Made by a program: the position numbers and the translations under genes. Shown here piece by piece: positions 37,655 to 47,763 of a stretch of 64,000 nucleotides of DNA (its first letter is position 1; each line of letters begins with the position of its first letter). Source of the DNA: Oligoflexia bacterium (GTDB lineage: Bacteria; Bdellovibrionota; UBA1018); contig CAVWVI010000004.1 in assembly GCA_963758495.1 (NCBI GenBank), forward strand, positions 256,001 to 320,000. Reading direction: 5' to 3'. The notes beneath the pieces were generated by a model. That model made no database searches, was not told the origin of the DNA, and saw nothing but the letters and a program-made list of their open reading frames with translations.

Positions 37655-40012
37655 CTACTGACAAGATTCGCAAGTCTCCGGATTTTCCAGAGAACAAGTC
37701 ACTGCGGCGGCAACACTTTCTGGAATCACAGCAGCTACTTTTTCTTTTGAACTCTGTTCAACTGTAGTCTTCTTGATTCCCGTTTTTGCTCGGGATCTCA
37801 GATAATAAGTTGTTTTTACACCTTGTTTCCAAGCATACATATACATAGAAGAAAGCTTCCCTACGCTTGGCTCTTCCATAAATAAATTAAGCGATTGTGA
37901 CTGACAGATAAACGCTGATCGCGCAACAGCCATATCAATGAGATCTTTTTGAGAAATTTCCCAAACAGTTTTATAAAGATCTCTAATCTCAATCGGTATC
38001 TCATTTAAGTGTTGAATAGAGCCATCTGCTTCAATGATTCTAGACCTTAATTCTGCATTCCAAAGCCCCGCTCGCTTGAGATCATGAATCAAATACCGAT
38101 TTACTTGGAGGAACTCTCCACTGAGTGTTTCACGCTTAAAAAAATTGGAAATCTGAGGCTCAATACTCTCATAACTTCCAACAATGGAAGCAATTGTTGC
38201 GGTCGGTGCAATTGCAATCAACAAACTATTACGGATACCCGCTTGCCTCACTTGGGTTGCAAGTCGATCCCAATCATAGTGGGTTTCCGGCATCTGTTGC
38301 TGATACTTTCTAGCAAGTTGCACTTGAAGCTCTGCATCTGCATAACGGGATTCCTTAAACTTAGGAAAAGACCCACTTTCTTCTGCCAATTTCATACTCG
38401 TCTGAATAGCATGATAATAAATAGTCTCTGATATCCTTGAAGAAAGTGACTTTGCTTCATTGCTTGTGAATGGAATTCGTAATTTAAACAATGCATCCTG
38501 AAGACCCATAATACCCAGACCTACAGGGCGCCACTTTTGATTGGAAATCTGAGCTTCTGGAGTAGGATAAAAATTCAAATCGACTACACGGTCTAAAAAC
38601 TTCAACGCTGTTGGAACTACTTTTTCTAACCGATCAAAATCAAATTTCTGATCGGCATTAATCATAGCCGCAAGATTAATACTTCCTAAATTGCAGACTG
38701 CAGTTTCGGATTTAGAAGTAACTTCGAGAATTTCAGTACATAGATTAGAACTATGAATGACATTTTCTGGAGCTGCTGTTTGAGCAGATCTTAAATTAGC
38801 CTTATCTTTAAAGCAGATCCAACCATTCCCAGTTTCAGCTAATGATTGTAGCATTTTTGCATACAACGTTCTCGCTGGAATTTGTTTAATCGCTATTTTC
38901 TCTCTCTCATAATGTTCATAATGCTTTTCAAACGCTTCACCAAAAGAATTTTGAAGCTCTACCGCATCGCTCGGAGAAAACAAAGACCACTGTTCATCTT
39001 GGTCCACACGCTTCATGAAAAGATCGGGGATCCACAAGGCCAAATTCAAATTATGAGTTCGACGCTCTTCTGCACCCGTGTTATTTCGGAGATCTAAAAA
39101 TGCTTCAATATCAGCATGCCAAGGCTCAAGATAGACAGCTGCGGCTCCCTTTCGTTTGCCACCCTGATTCACCGCATGAACGGATGAATCAAATACTTTA
39201 AGAAAGGGTATAATACCATTACTCAACCCATTGGTTCCACGGATCAATGCCCCTGAAGAACGAACGGCTGTCCAATCAATTCCAATTCCACCAGAAAATT
39301 TGGATAATTTAGCACAATCCGTAATTGATTTATAAATTCCTTCAAGACTGTCTTCGGGTAAAGTGAGCAAATAACAAGAGCTCATCTGAGGGTGACGAGT
39401 GCCGGAATTAAAAAGAGTAGGAGTTGCCGGCATGTAATAAAATTGACTAATAATATCATAAAAAGCAATTGCTTCCGAAATCGTTTTTGAAAGTCCCATT
39501 GCTACTCTCATAAACAACCATTGTGGACGCTCAATTCTATTACGAGTTTTCGGGTGACGCAGCAGATACCTATCTGAGACTGTCTTTAAGCCAAAATATT
39601 CAAAAAAATCATCCCGCTCATGATGAATCGCATACTCAATCGTTTGAATATCCTCATTGGCCAATTCAGCGACCTGACTACTCAATAAACCTAATTCGAA
39701 AGCATTTTTAATATAGTCTCGAAATGCAGCATCCCGCCCAACCTCTTTGCGAATACTCTCTGACAACATGCGAGCCGCTACTTTGGAGTAATTAGGCTCA
39801 TCCGCCATTAACATGACTGCATTTGAAATGGAAAGATCGTCAAGTTCCTGCGTTGTACTCCCGTCATGAAGCCCATTAATAGTACGCTTCGCGACTTCAA
39901 TACCTTCAACTCTATCCAGTCCCCGACATGCGCGGTTCACTGCATGTAAAATCTTCTCGATTTTTACTTCTTCTTTTGTTCCATCTCTTTTAGTCACGAA
40001 CATGCAAATCAA
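37655..40012 (-). CDS. nrdA: Ribonucleotide reductase class I alpha subunit with ATP-cone
   Basis: VTKRDG; TPTLFN; SSCY; NLCTE; VCNL; APTA; KTTYY; C-terminal CESCQ. No intein seen. Confidence 0.96.
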   Translation of the reverse strand: MICMFVTKRDGTKEEVKIEKILHAVNRACRGLDRVEGIEVAKRTINGLHDGSTTQELDDLSISNAVMLMADEPNYSKVAARMLSESIRKEVGRDAAFRDYIKNAFELGLLSSQVAELANEDIQTIEYAIHHERDDFFEYFGLKTVSDRYLLRHPKTRNRIERPQWLFMRVAMGLSKTISEAIAFYDIISQFYYMPATPTLFNSGTRHPQMSSCYLLTLPEDSLEGIYKSITDCAKLSKFSGGIGIDWTAVRSSGALIRGTNGLSNGIIPFLKVFDSSVHAVNQGGKRKGAAAVYLEPWHADIEAFLDLRNNTGAEERRTHNLNLALWIPDLFMKRVDQDEQWSLFSPSDAVELQNSFGEAFEKHYEHYEREKIAIKQIPARTLYAKMLQSLAETGNGWICFKDKANLRSAQTAAPENVIHSSNLCTEILEVTSKSETAVCNLGSINLAAMINADQKFDFDRLEKVVPTALKFLDRVVDLNFYPTPEAQISNQKWRPVGLGIMGLQDALFKLRIPFTSNEAKSLSSRISETIYYHAIQTSMKLAEESGSFPKFKESRYADAELQVQLARKYQQQMPETHYDWDRLATQVRQAGIRNSLLIAIAPTATIASIVGSYESIEPQISNFFKRETLSGEFLQVNRYLIHDLKRAGLWNAELRSRIIEADGSIQHLNEIPIEIRDLYKTVWEISQKDLIDMAVARSAFICQSQSLNLFMEEPSVGKLSSMYMYAWKQGVKTTYYLRSRAKTGIKKTTVEQSSKEKVAAVIPESVAAAVTCSLENPETCESCQ

Positions 40013-40449
40013 ATCCTCCTTGGATGAGACTGTGTTTTAATTTCCTGAGGGTAGTAGGATGTTTAGTTGGATTTTCACCGAACTTCAGCTCACCACTCAA
40101 ACATTAGCGTCAGTTAAAAGGAAAATACGGTAAGCGAGGCAAGGAAGTCAACCCTTTTGAAAAAGACGTATGAATAGAATTTCAAAAATCCATTACCAGA
40201 GATTTTGGATGCAGTAATGCTGATATTAAAAATAAGTGAGAAGAAAATTTTAGAAATAAAAATACAAAAAACTCTATCTTATTAAAAGATAAAGAAATTA
40301 TTTTTTAGCATAAAGTTTTATTAACGGACTTTCAACAGTATGTTATAGCAGCAAGCGTCACAAGTTAAATCATCAATTCAACTAGTTCACTACCGAACTG
40401 CTTGAATCACGTACGCAATCTGTACGAGTCGTGTTAAGTTGCAAATTAT

Positions 40450-41487
40450 ATGGAAGCCTTCTTTGACTTTGAAAAACCTATCGTTAACCTTGAAAAAAAG
40501 CTCCAAGGCTTAAAAGATCTTGCAACCCAAGAGGGGGTAGACTTTACAAATGAAATCAATATTTTAGAAACTAAAGTTCAAACCCTTATTGATGAAACTT
40601 ATGCAAAACTCAGTCCTTGGCAACGTGTGCAATTATCCAGACACCCCAACCGGCCCTACACTCGAGACTATATTAGTCTCTTATTTCCTGACTTCCTTGA
40701 ACTCCGAGGAGACCGAACTTTTGGTGATGACCAAGCGCTACTGGGTGGAATAGCCACCTGGCCACCTACGCAACCCGGTGGAAGTGAAGAGTCTAAAATA
40801 GCAGCTCACTCTCGCATTCCGATTTTAATTTTAGGACACCAAAAGGGACGTACTACCAAACATAAAATGGAAAGAAACTTCGGCATGGCTAAACCTGAAG
40901 GATATCGCAAAGCGATAAGACTGATGAACTTAGCGCGAAGATCCAAAATGCCAGTTCTCACGTTTATTGATACCCCGGGTGCTTATCCAGGCCTTGAGGC
41001 AGAACAAAGAGGTCAATCTCAGGCAATTGCTGAGAGTATCCACTCTATGTTTGAGCTCACTGCTCCAGTGATGTCAGTAGTCATTGGCGAAGGCGGCTCA
41101 GGAGGTGCTCTGGCTATTGGAGTAGCAAATAAAGTCTTAATGCAAGAATACAGTACTTACTCAGTCATTTCTCCCGAAAGCTGTGCATCCATTTTATGGA
41201 GTGACTCAAGCTTAGCAGAAAGAGCAAGCGAAAAGCTTAAAATGAACCCAACAGAACTGCTCAAATTAGGAATCATTGATGGGATTATTCGAGAAGCCAA
41301 GGGCGGAGCCCATCGTGACTGGGCAGAGTCAGCAAGGCTTTTACGCGTGGCCCTCATGGAGAACGGGGAACCGTTAATGAAACTTTGGAAACAGGACCCT
41401 AAAAAGCTCATATCGAATCGAATTAAAAAATTTAGAACGATGGGCCAAAATGCATTGGCTCATGCTCCAATTACTGCGGGAAGCTAA
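40450..41487 (+). CDS. accA: Acetyl-CoA carboxylase carboxyltransferase alpha
   Basis: DFEKPI; RHPNRP; NFGM..PEGYRKA; DTPGAYPG; GEGGSGGAL; VISPE. Confidence 0.96.
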   Translation: MEAFFDFEKPIVNLEKKLQGLKDLATQEGVDFTNEINILETKVQTLIDETYAKLSPWQRVQLSRHPNRPYTRDYISLLFPDFLELRGDRTFGDDQALLGGIATWPPTQPGGSEESKIAAHSRIPILILGHQKGRTTKHKMERNFGMAKPEGYRKAIRLMNLARRSKMPVLTFIDTPGAYPGLEAEQRGQSQAIAESIHSMFELTAPVMSVVIGEGGSGGALAIGVANKVLMQEYSTYSVISPESCASILWSDSSLAERASEKLKMNPTELLKLGIIDGIIREAKGGAHRDWAESARLLRVALMENGEPLMKLWKQDPKKLISNRIKKFRTMGQNALAHAPITAGS

Positions 41488-41497
41488 GAGAAAAACT

Positions 41498-42094
41498 GTG
41501 AATCAGAAACCACCCTACCTCATCGTCATATCAGCCCCTTCTGGGACTGGAAAAACAACTCTTTGTCAGAAATTACTTCAGGACTTTCCTTCACTTACCC
41601 TGTCTATCTCTTCCACAACACGGCCGGCTCGAGGCACTGAAAAGCATGCGGTCGAATATTTATTTCTCGAAAAGAAGGAATTTGAGAAACTGATTCAACA
41701 GAATCGATTCGCAGAATGGGCTTATGTCCATGGAAATTACTATGGAACCTCAAAAGAGACTATAGAAACTGCCTTTGCAGTAGGTAAATCCGTCCTGTTA
41801 GACATTGATGTTCAAGGGGCAGAAAATCTTCATCGATGCTATCCGGATCAATGTTTTAGGATTTTTATTACTCCTCCCAACCTTCAAGAATTAGAAGCTC
41901 GTTTAAAAGCACGAGCAACTGATTCAAACGAAACCATTCAAAAACGCTTAATTAATGCAACGCGCGAAATGAAGGAAGGAGAAAAATTTGATTCAATTAT
42001 TGTAAATGACTCACTGGAAAGGGCATATTCAGAGCTAAAAGCTTTAATTGAAACTCAACTTCACCTTCCATCGAATCAGGAGAAGAATGCCTAA
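41498..42094 (+). CDS. gmk: Guanylate kinase
   Basis: SAPSGTGKTT; STTRPAR; EWA.VHGNYYGT; LDIDVQGA; GTG start at 41498. Confidence 0.95.
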   Translation: MNQKPPYLIVISAPSGTGKTTLCQKLLQDFPSLTLSISSTTRPARGTEKHAVEYLFLEKKEFEKLIQQNRFAEWAYVHGNYYGTSKETIETAFAVGKSVLLDIDVQGAENLHRCYPDQCFRIFITPPNLQELEARLKARATDSNETIQKRLINATREMKEGEKFDSIIVNDSLERAYSELKALIETQLHLPSNQEKNA

Positions 42095-44273
42095 AGTTCC
42101 AATCTCTACATTAGCTACCATTTGCAGCAGGGTATCTAGCTACTATCCAGATGCTAAACTCGATCTCTTAAAAAAAGCTTATGCTTTTGCAGACGAAGCT
42201 CACAGGGGTCAACTCAGATCGAGCGGCGAACCTTACATGATTCATCCCATCGCTGTTGCACAAACGCTTGCAGACTTACATCTGGATATTCTGAGCGTTG
42301 CCACAGGACTTCTCCATGATACCGTTGAAGATACACACGCTACTTTACCACAGATAGAAAAGGAATTTGGAAAAGACATTGCGGAACTCGTAGATGGAGT
42401 GACCAAACTTTCTCAAATCACATTTAAAACTTCGGAAGAAAAACAGGCAGAGAATTTTAGAAAAATGATCTTAGCCATGGCGAAAGACATTCGAGTGATT
42501 CTCGTTAAACTGGCCGATCGCTTAAACAATATGCGAACGTTGGAGCACCTGGCTCCTCTAAAACAGAAAATCATTGCGCAGGAAACTCTAGACATTTACG
42601 CCCCGATCGCTAACCGACTGGGCATTAGCTGGATTAAACTAGAATTAGAAGATCTTTGCCTCAGATACTTACATCCGGACGTTTATTATAAACTTGCACA
42701 AAAAGTAGCTAAAACTAAACGTGATCGAGAAAAATACATTGAAGAAGTAACCACGATTATCGAAGAAAAGCTTAAAGACTATGACATTAAAGGTCAAGTC
42801 ACAGGGAGAGCTAAACATTTTTATTCAATTTTTAAAAAAATGGAACGTCGAAAAGTGGATTATGAAGAAGTCTTCGACGTCATCGCCTTCAGAATTGTCG
42901 TAGATAACATTACTGAATGCTATAAGTCCTTAGGCGTTATTCATGCTACCTACAAGCCCGTTCCAGGCCGATTCAAAGATTACATTGCCATGCCAAAAGC
43001 AAATGCCTATCAGTCTCTCCACACTACGGTGATCGGGCCCCATGGAGAAAGAGTGGAAATACAAATTCGCACTCAAGACATGCATCAGGTAGCTGAAGCA
43101 GGAATCGCAGCTTATTGGAAATATAAAGAAGGAAAATTTGATAGTCGATCCAGAGAAAATGTAGAATGGGTCAATAGACTTCTTGAATGGCACAAAGATT
43201 TATCGGATCCGAATGAATTTCTAGAAACTGTCAAGATAGACCTCTTTGCAGAAGATGTTTTTGTTTTCACCCCAAAAGGTGGGGTCAAACAACTGAGCTA
43301 TGGCGCTTCACCCTTAGATTTTGCTTATGCAGTCCATACTGACATTGGTAATAAGTGCGTTGGCGCCAAGGTAAACGGTAAAATCGTACCACTCAAGCAT
43401 CGACTCAAATCCGGTGATACAGTCGATATTATTACATCCAACTCCCAAACTCCCTCTAAAGACTGGTTAAAGATTGTTAAAAGTTCTCGGGCAAAAGCAA
43501 AAATTCGCAGCTACATTAAAGAGCAAGAAAGAGATCGAGCATTAGAACTAGGGAAAGAAATTTTAGAAAAAGCGCTTCGACCTTATAGCCATACTCTCTC
43601 GAAACTTGAAAAATCAGGAGAGTTACTCAAAGCAGGGACCGAAATGGGTACCCGAACTGCGGAAGAACTCTACATCGCGATCGGTTATGGTCGCGTGACC
43701 ACCCAAGACTTGATTCCTAAATTAATTCCGAAAGAGGCACTCGAGAAGCGAATTGAAGCTGCAAAAGCTGGAGACCAGAGTTTTCTAAAACGTGTCTTCA
43801 ACGCCGCTAAAAAAAGAAGTGAGGCTCGGAATGCAATCAAAGTTGCTAATTTAGATGATGTCCTCATCCGATTTGGTCGATGCTGTAATCCTCTACCCGG
43901 TGATAGCATTATGGGATTCATTACTCGTGGCAGAGGAGTGACTGTTCATACAAGCACTTGCACAAAAGCTCTGGATAATGATCAAGAACGCAGAGTGGAT
44001 GTACAATGGAATATTTTAGGAAAAGGCAACATTAAGAGGCATGTCCGAATTCGCGTTGTCACTTTAGATGAACCGGGCTTACTTGCAATTATGTCTCAAA
44101 CAATTACTTCTTGTGGAATTAATATTGCTTCTGCCAATATCCGAACCACTAAAGATAAAAAAGCAATTGCTCTTTTCGACGTAGAAGTCGGGGATCTGGT
44201 TCAATTACAAAAAGTTACCAGTGCACTAGAGAGTAAACAAGGGGTCATTAGTGTAGAACGGCTCCGATCTTAG
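42087..44273 (+). CDS. rel: Bifunctional (p)ppGpp synthetase/hydrolase (long RSH)
   Basis: R.SGEPY..HP; intact HD (LHDTVED); RFKDY; YQSLHT; TGS, CC and ACT domains. ATG at 42087 after AGGAG. Confidence 0.95.
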   Translation: MPKVPISTLATICSRVSSYYPDAKLDLLKKAYAFADEAHRGQLRSSGEPYMIHPIAVAQTLADLHLDILSVATGLLHDTVEDTHATLPQIEKEFGKDIAELVDGVTKLSQITFKTSEEKQAENFRKMILAMAKDIRVILVKLADRLNNMRTLEHLAPLKQKIIAQETLDIYAPIANRLGISWIKLELEDLCLRYLHPDVYYKLAQKVAKTKRDREKYIEEVTTIIEEKLKDYDIKGQVTGRAKHFYSIFKKMERRKVDYEEVFDVIAFRIVVDNITECYKSLGVIHATYKPVPGRFKDYIAMPKANAYQSLHTTVIGPHGERVEIQIRTQDMHQVAEAGIAAYWKYKEGKFDSRSRENVEWVNRLLEWHKDLSDPNEFLETVKIDLFAEDVFVFTPKGGVKQLSYGASPLDFAYAVHTDIGNKCVGAKVNGKIVPLKHRLKSGDTVDIITSNSQTPSKDWLKIVKSSRAKAKIRSYIKEQERDRALELGKEILEKALRPYSHTLSKLEKSGELLKAGTEMGTRTAEELYIAIGYGRVTTQDLIPKLIPKEALEKRIEAAKAGDQSFLKRVFNAAKKRSEARNAIKVANLDDVLIRFGRCCNPLPGDSIMGFITRGRGVTVHTSTCTKALDNDQERRVDVQWNILGKGNIKRHVRIRVVTLDEPGLLAIMSQTITSCGINIASANIRTTKDKKAIALFDVEVGDLVQLQKVTSALESKQGVISVERLRS

Positions 44274-44310
44274 CACAACGCACCGCAACTATAGTAAGCA
44301 TCTGGATTCA

Positions 44311-45537
44311 TTGTTATTTTCAAAAAATGAGTCAAAAAAAAGCAAATTCGTATTGACTGCCATCAATTTTGAGGGAAAAATGATGGCCATATATACAAGA
44401 TCGCTCAAGCCACCTAGTAAGAGTTTCTTTTTATTTGGCCCAAGGGGAACCGGAAAAAGTACGTGGGTAAAACGGCACTTCCCAAAAGCCGCCTATTTTG
44501 ATCTCTTGAGAGCGAATGTTTTTCTTCGCTTTCAGCAAGATCCCACCCTCTTTAGAAAGGAAGTTGAAGTTTTTTCCTCTGGAAGTTGGGTAGTAATTGA
44601 TGAAGTTCAAAAACTTCCTATTCTATTAGACGAAGTGCATTCCCTCATTGAGGATAATGGCCTTAAGTTTGTGCTGACTGGCTCAAGCGCGAGGAAAATA
44701 AAACGACAAGGAGCAAATCTCCTTGCTGGCCGAGCAATTACTAAATATTTTTTTCCACTGACGCATGAAGAGTTACAAGCTGACTTTGTACTTGAAGAAA
44801 TTTTAAAATTTGGTTCTCTTCCGTCAGTTCTAGCCGAAAAAACTGTGGAGGGAAAAATTGAGTTCTTGGAATCTTACACTACAACTTATCTGAAAGAAGA
44901 AATTCAGCAAGAGGCTGCTGTAAAAAATCTTTCATCTTTCACTCGATTTTTAACAATTGCGGCTATTTCGAATGGTCAAAAAATTAATCTTTCAAATTTA
45001 GCACGAGATGCGGGCGTTGCTCGTCCGACTGCGCAAGGATATTTTCAAGTGCTTATTGATACATTGGTAGGAAGCATACTTCCTGCGTGGTCCATAAAAT
45101 TACGTATCAAGGAAGTTGATCACCCGAAATTCTATTTCTTCGATTCCGGAACGGTTCGATCTCTTTTGGATCGACTGCGAGATCCCTTAGATTTAATCGA
45201 AAAAGAAATATTATTTGAAACTTATATTCTTCATGAATTAAGAGCACATATTTCTACTCGATCTTTGGGTGGAGAGTTCTACTATTGGGGAACCCACGGT
45301 GGTCTTGAGGCTGATTTTATTTGGGCCAGGGGTAAAAGTGCAATGGGTTTTGAAATTAAATCTAGCCAGCGTTGGAAGTCTGAATATTCTAGTGCCTTAA
45401 GAATTTTACTGGATGAAAAAAAAATTCAGAAAGCCTTTGGAGTTTATCTGGGGTCAGAAATTCTTTCAGATCGAGGAATTCTTATTTTACCCCTAAAAGA
45501 ATTTTTTAAACGACTCCAGAATAATGAAATATTTTAA
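44311..45537 (+). CDS. AAA_14/DUF4143 ATPase
   Basis: GPRGTGKST; IDEVQ; LTGSS; LAGR; PKFYFFDSG; EADF; EIK. True start probably near 44380. Confidence 0.88.
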   Translation: MLFSKNESKKSKFVLTAINFEGKMMAIYTRSLKPPSKSFFLFGPRGTGKSTWVKRHFPKAAYFDLLRANVFLRFQQDPTLFRKEVEVFSSGSWVVIDEVQKLPILLDEVHSLIEDNGLKFVLTGSSARKIKRQGANLLAGRAITKYFFPLTHEELQADFVLEEILKFGSLPSVLAEKTVEGKIEFLESYTTTYLKEEIQQEAAVKNLSSFTRFLTIAAISNGQKINLSNLARDAGVARPTAQGYFQVLIDTLVGSILPAWSIKLRIKEVDHPKFYFFDSGTVRSLLDRLRDPLDLIEKEILFETYILHELRAHISTRSLGGEFYYWGTHGGLEADFIWARGKSAMGFEIKSSQRWKSEYSSALRILLDEKKIQKAFGVYLGSEILSDRGILILPLKEFFKRLQNNEIF

Positions 45538-45729
45538 CGCTCAAGTATCTTACTAATGATAATCTATGCAGTACTTGTCAACAACCCCTAAAGGAACTGC
45601 TTACATACATTCGTATTACACTTTTTTGATGGAGACCCCAAAAAGTGTACAAGCATTAGTGAAGTGTTGATCAAACTATAAAAAGTAGTTTTGTGCAAAT
45701 TTTAAGTCCTTGAATTTAAAAGGTAAAAT

Positions 45730-45746
45730 CTGGCACATCAGTTGCT
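45730..45746 (+). promoter_or_regulatory. Sigma-54 (-24/-12) promoter of the toxin operon
   Basis: CTGGCACATCAGTTGCT, near-perfect TGGCAC-N5-TTGC(A/T), about 40 bp upstream of the ORF. Confidence 0.8.
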
Positions 45747-45784
45747 TTATATTAAATAACTAATATTTATATTTATTTAATATT

Positions 45785-47755
45785 ATGATCGGAAAAATTA
45801 TGTTTATGAAGTTGATTAAGCACCTAACTATCTCTTTAGACACGATAAAAGTAGGAATCTTGTGTACATCGTTTGCTCTAATCTCTGTACCTCAAGCTCA
45901 AGCAATATCAAATTCGGCAAATGATCGCGGTCTATCTAGAATTTTTCAGTCAGTGCCTTCACAACCCTCACAGCAGAGGTCGACGCCTGGTCCGGTTTAT
46001 AACCAACCTGGGCCATCAAATAATGTTCGAGTTCGCCCGCAATTTAATGTCCCTGGGCCACAGCAGTCTTCGAACATGTATGGATTTTTTGGGATGCAAC
46101 AAGTTCAAATGTTTAATGCCCAACTTCAACAGCAACAATTTAATTACCAGCTCCAACAACAACAATTTGATGTGATGCTTCGGCAACAGGAAAATGAGTA
46201 TCAAAAATTACTTACACTCGCAAGGCAACTAGGAGGACTTGAGGATCAGGTCGAGCTGTTAACATGGGCAATGAAAAATTTTAGAGATTTTGTGAAACAA
46301 CATCGACATAGACGTCAGACTACATCTGATGTGGCAGAGTTTTCACAAGTTCTACAAAATTTTAATAATCCTCAACGACGAATTGAAGGAGAACAACAAC
46401 GGCGTAGTGACACCGAGAATCAACGAAGAATTGAAGCTGAAAGACAGCGTCGACTTCAAATTGAAAGGCAACAGGAGATTGAAGCTGAAAATCAACGTAA
46501 TCGGGAGTTAGAAAGAAAACAAAGATATGAAGCTGAAGAACGTCGACTTGAAGAGTTAAATCAAAAAAGAATTGAAGAAGAGCGAAGACAACTTATTGCT
46601 AAAGCTGAGCGGGCAGCAATTGCTGAACAGAAAAAAATAGACAGCGAATATATGCAAAAAATGAATAAATTTAATAGACTCGAAGCCCTCGTTGACACGC
46701 CTCCATTAGAAAGTGAACAACGACCAAGAATCGGTGAAGATTCTAGTCCATGGCAGAAAAAGCGTCTTGCAATGCTTGAAACTATGGATAAGCCACTTAT
46801 TCCTAATCCTGAGGATGGTTTATTTCTTGGGAGTGCTGTTGGACTTGGGAAGTTTGCACTAAAAGGTATAGCTAAAGCAGCAATCTCTGGTGCAGGCAAA
46901 GTATTTTGCTTTCCTGGTGAAACCCCGATTTGTATAAAAGATGATAGCGTGATGGGTTACCATTCGGAACCGATTGCATCGATACAAGTGGGTGACACTG
47001 TTGCAAGCTGTAATCTAGAATTAGGTGAAGAGGCTTGTGAATGCCGTCAAGTACAACAGGTATTTAAAAATACCGCTGACCACTTGATTCAGCTTTCTTT
47101 TGATGGAAAAATATTAAAAACTACAGATGAACACCCATTCTATGTTGTAAATAAAAAGGATTGGGTTGAAGCTCGATATCTTCGAATTGGGGATCAACTT
47201 CAGAGCATCTCAGGAGAGATTGTTCTTTTAGATGATATCAGTGAAGAGTATGGTCAATTTGATGTTTATAATTTAGATGTCCAAGGGAATCATAATTATT
47301 ATGCGGCTGATGTTTTAGTTCACAATTGTAATGAAGGTTCTAAAGTTGCAGCTGAACTTGTGGCTAGTAATGCACTACGACGAGCTGAGATATTTGCTGC
47401 TATAGAGAGTAGAGCAGCGAGAAAGGATTGGCCTAAGGTTGTCAAAACGGTGGAGGGGAGGAATGTTCTTCAAGATCTTTTCCATCTAAAAAGCCAGAAA
47501 GGTTTGACAGATATTTCCGATGGAACTAGAAAACAAGCCGAGGTGATTGGTGAAGCTTGGGTTAATGGAAAGTACGTTAGACGATTTGATTTAGGTAATG
47601 GCGGATATGGCATAACTGATGGAACTAGAACGTTTCGTCTGCAATTTAAACCTAAGGCTGGAGCTTGGAAAAGTAATTTTCAAGAAAATGTAGTCAGTGA
47701 TAAAGGTATTATTACTGAAATAAAGAACGTCCACATGTCAATTACAGACATGTAA
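45785..47755 (+). CDS. Polymorphic toxin: signal peptide, Gln-rich region, coiled coil, Hint domain, C-terminal toxin tip
   Basis: Signal peptide ending AQA; Hint from CFPGET (46907) through TTDEHPFY to VLVHN/C (47326); ~140-aa variable tip; small downstream gene. Start may be slightly later. Confidence 0.88.
   Translation: MIGKIMFMKLIKHLTISLDTIKVGILCTSFALISVPQAQAISNSANDRGLSRIFQSVPSQPSQQRSTPGPVYNQPGPSNNVRVRPQFNVPGPQQSSNMYGFFGMQQVQMFNAQLQQQQFNYQLQQQQFDVMLRQQENEYQKLLTLARQLGGLEDQVELLTWAMKNFRDFVKQHRHRRQTTSDVAEFSQVLQNFNNPQRRIEGEQQRRSDTENQRRIEAERQRRLQIERQQEIEAENQRNRELERKQRYEAEERRLEELNQKRIEEERRQLIAKAERAAIAEQKKIDSEYMQKMNKFNRLEALVDTPPLESEQRPRIGEDSSPWQKKRLAMLETMDKPLIPNPEDGLFLGSAVGLGKFALKGIAKAAISGAGKVFCFPGETPICIKDDSVMGYHSEPIASIQVGDTVASCNLELGEEACECRQVQQVFKNTADHLIQLSFDGKILKTTDEHPFYVVNKKDWVEARYLRIGDQLQSISGEIVLLDDISEEYGQFDVYNLDVQGNHNYYAADVLVHNCNEGSKVAAELVASNALRRAEIFAAIESRAARKDWPKVVKTVEGRNVLQDLFHLKSQKGLTDISDGTRKQAEVIGEAWVNGKYVRRFDLGNGGYGITDGTRTFRLQFKPKAGAWKSNFQENVVSDKGIITEIKNVHMSITDM
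46956..47346 (+). repeat. ~390-bp direct repeat, copy 1 (Hint-coding DNA)
   Basis: Matches 48142-48532 (offset 1186); about 7 substitutions counted by eye. Confidence 0.95.
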
Positions 47756-47763
47756 GGTGAATT

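Noticed and set aside
36457..40012. Unusual RNR subclass or intein/intron in nrdAB
   Set aside because: Metal ligands, radical Tyr and catalytic Cys all appear present, and lengths are ordinary.
40040..40115. NrdR boxes upstream of nrdA
   Set aside because: Best candidates (e.g. ACTCAAACATTAGCGT) miss central consensus positions.
46907..47329. Hint as a selfish intein in a housekeeping gene
   Set aside because: No endonuclease domain, the host is not a conserved enzyme, and the tip/immunity context fits a pre-toxin Hint.
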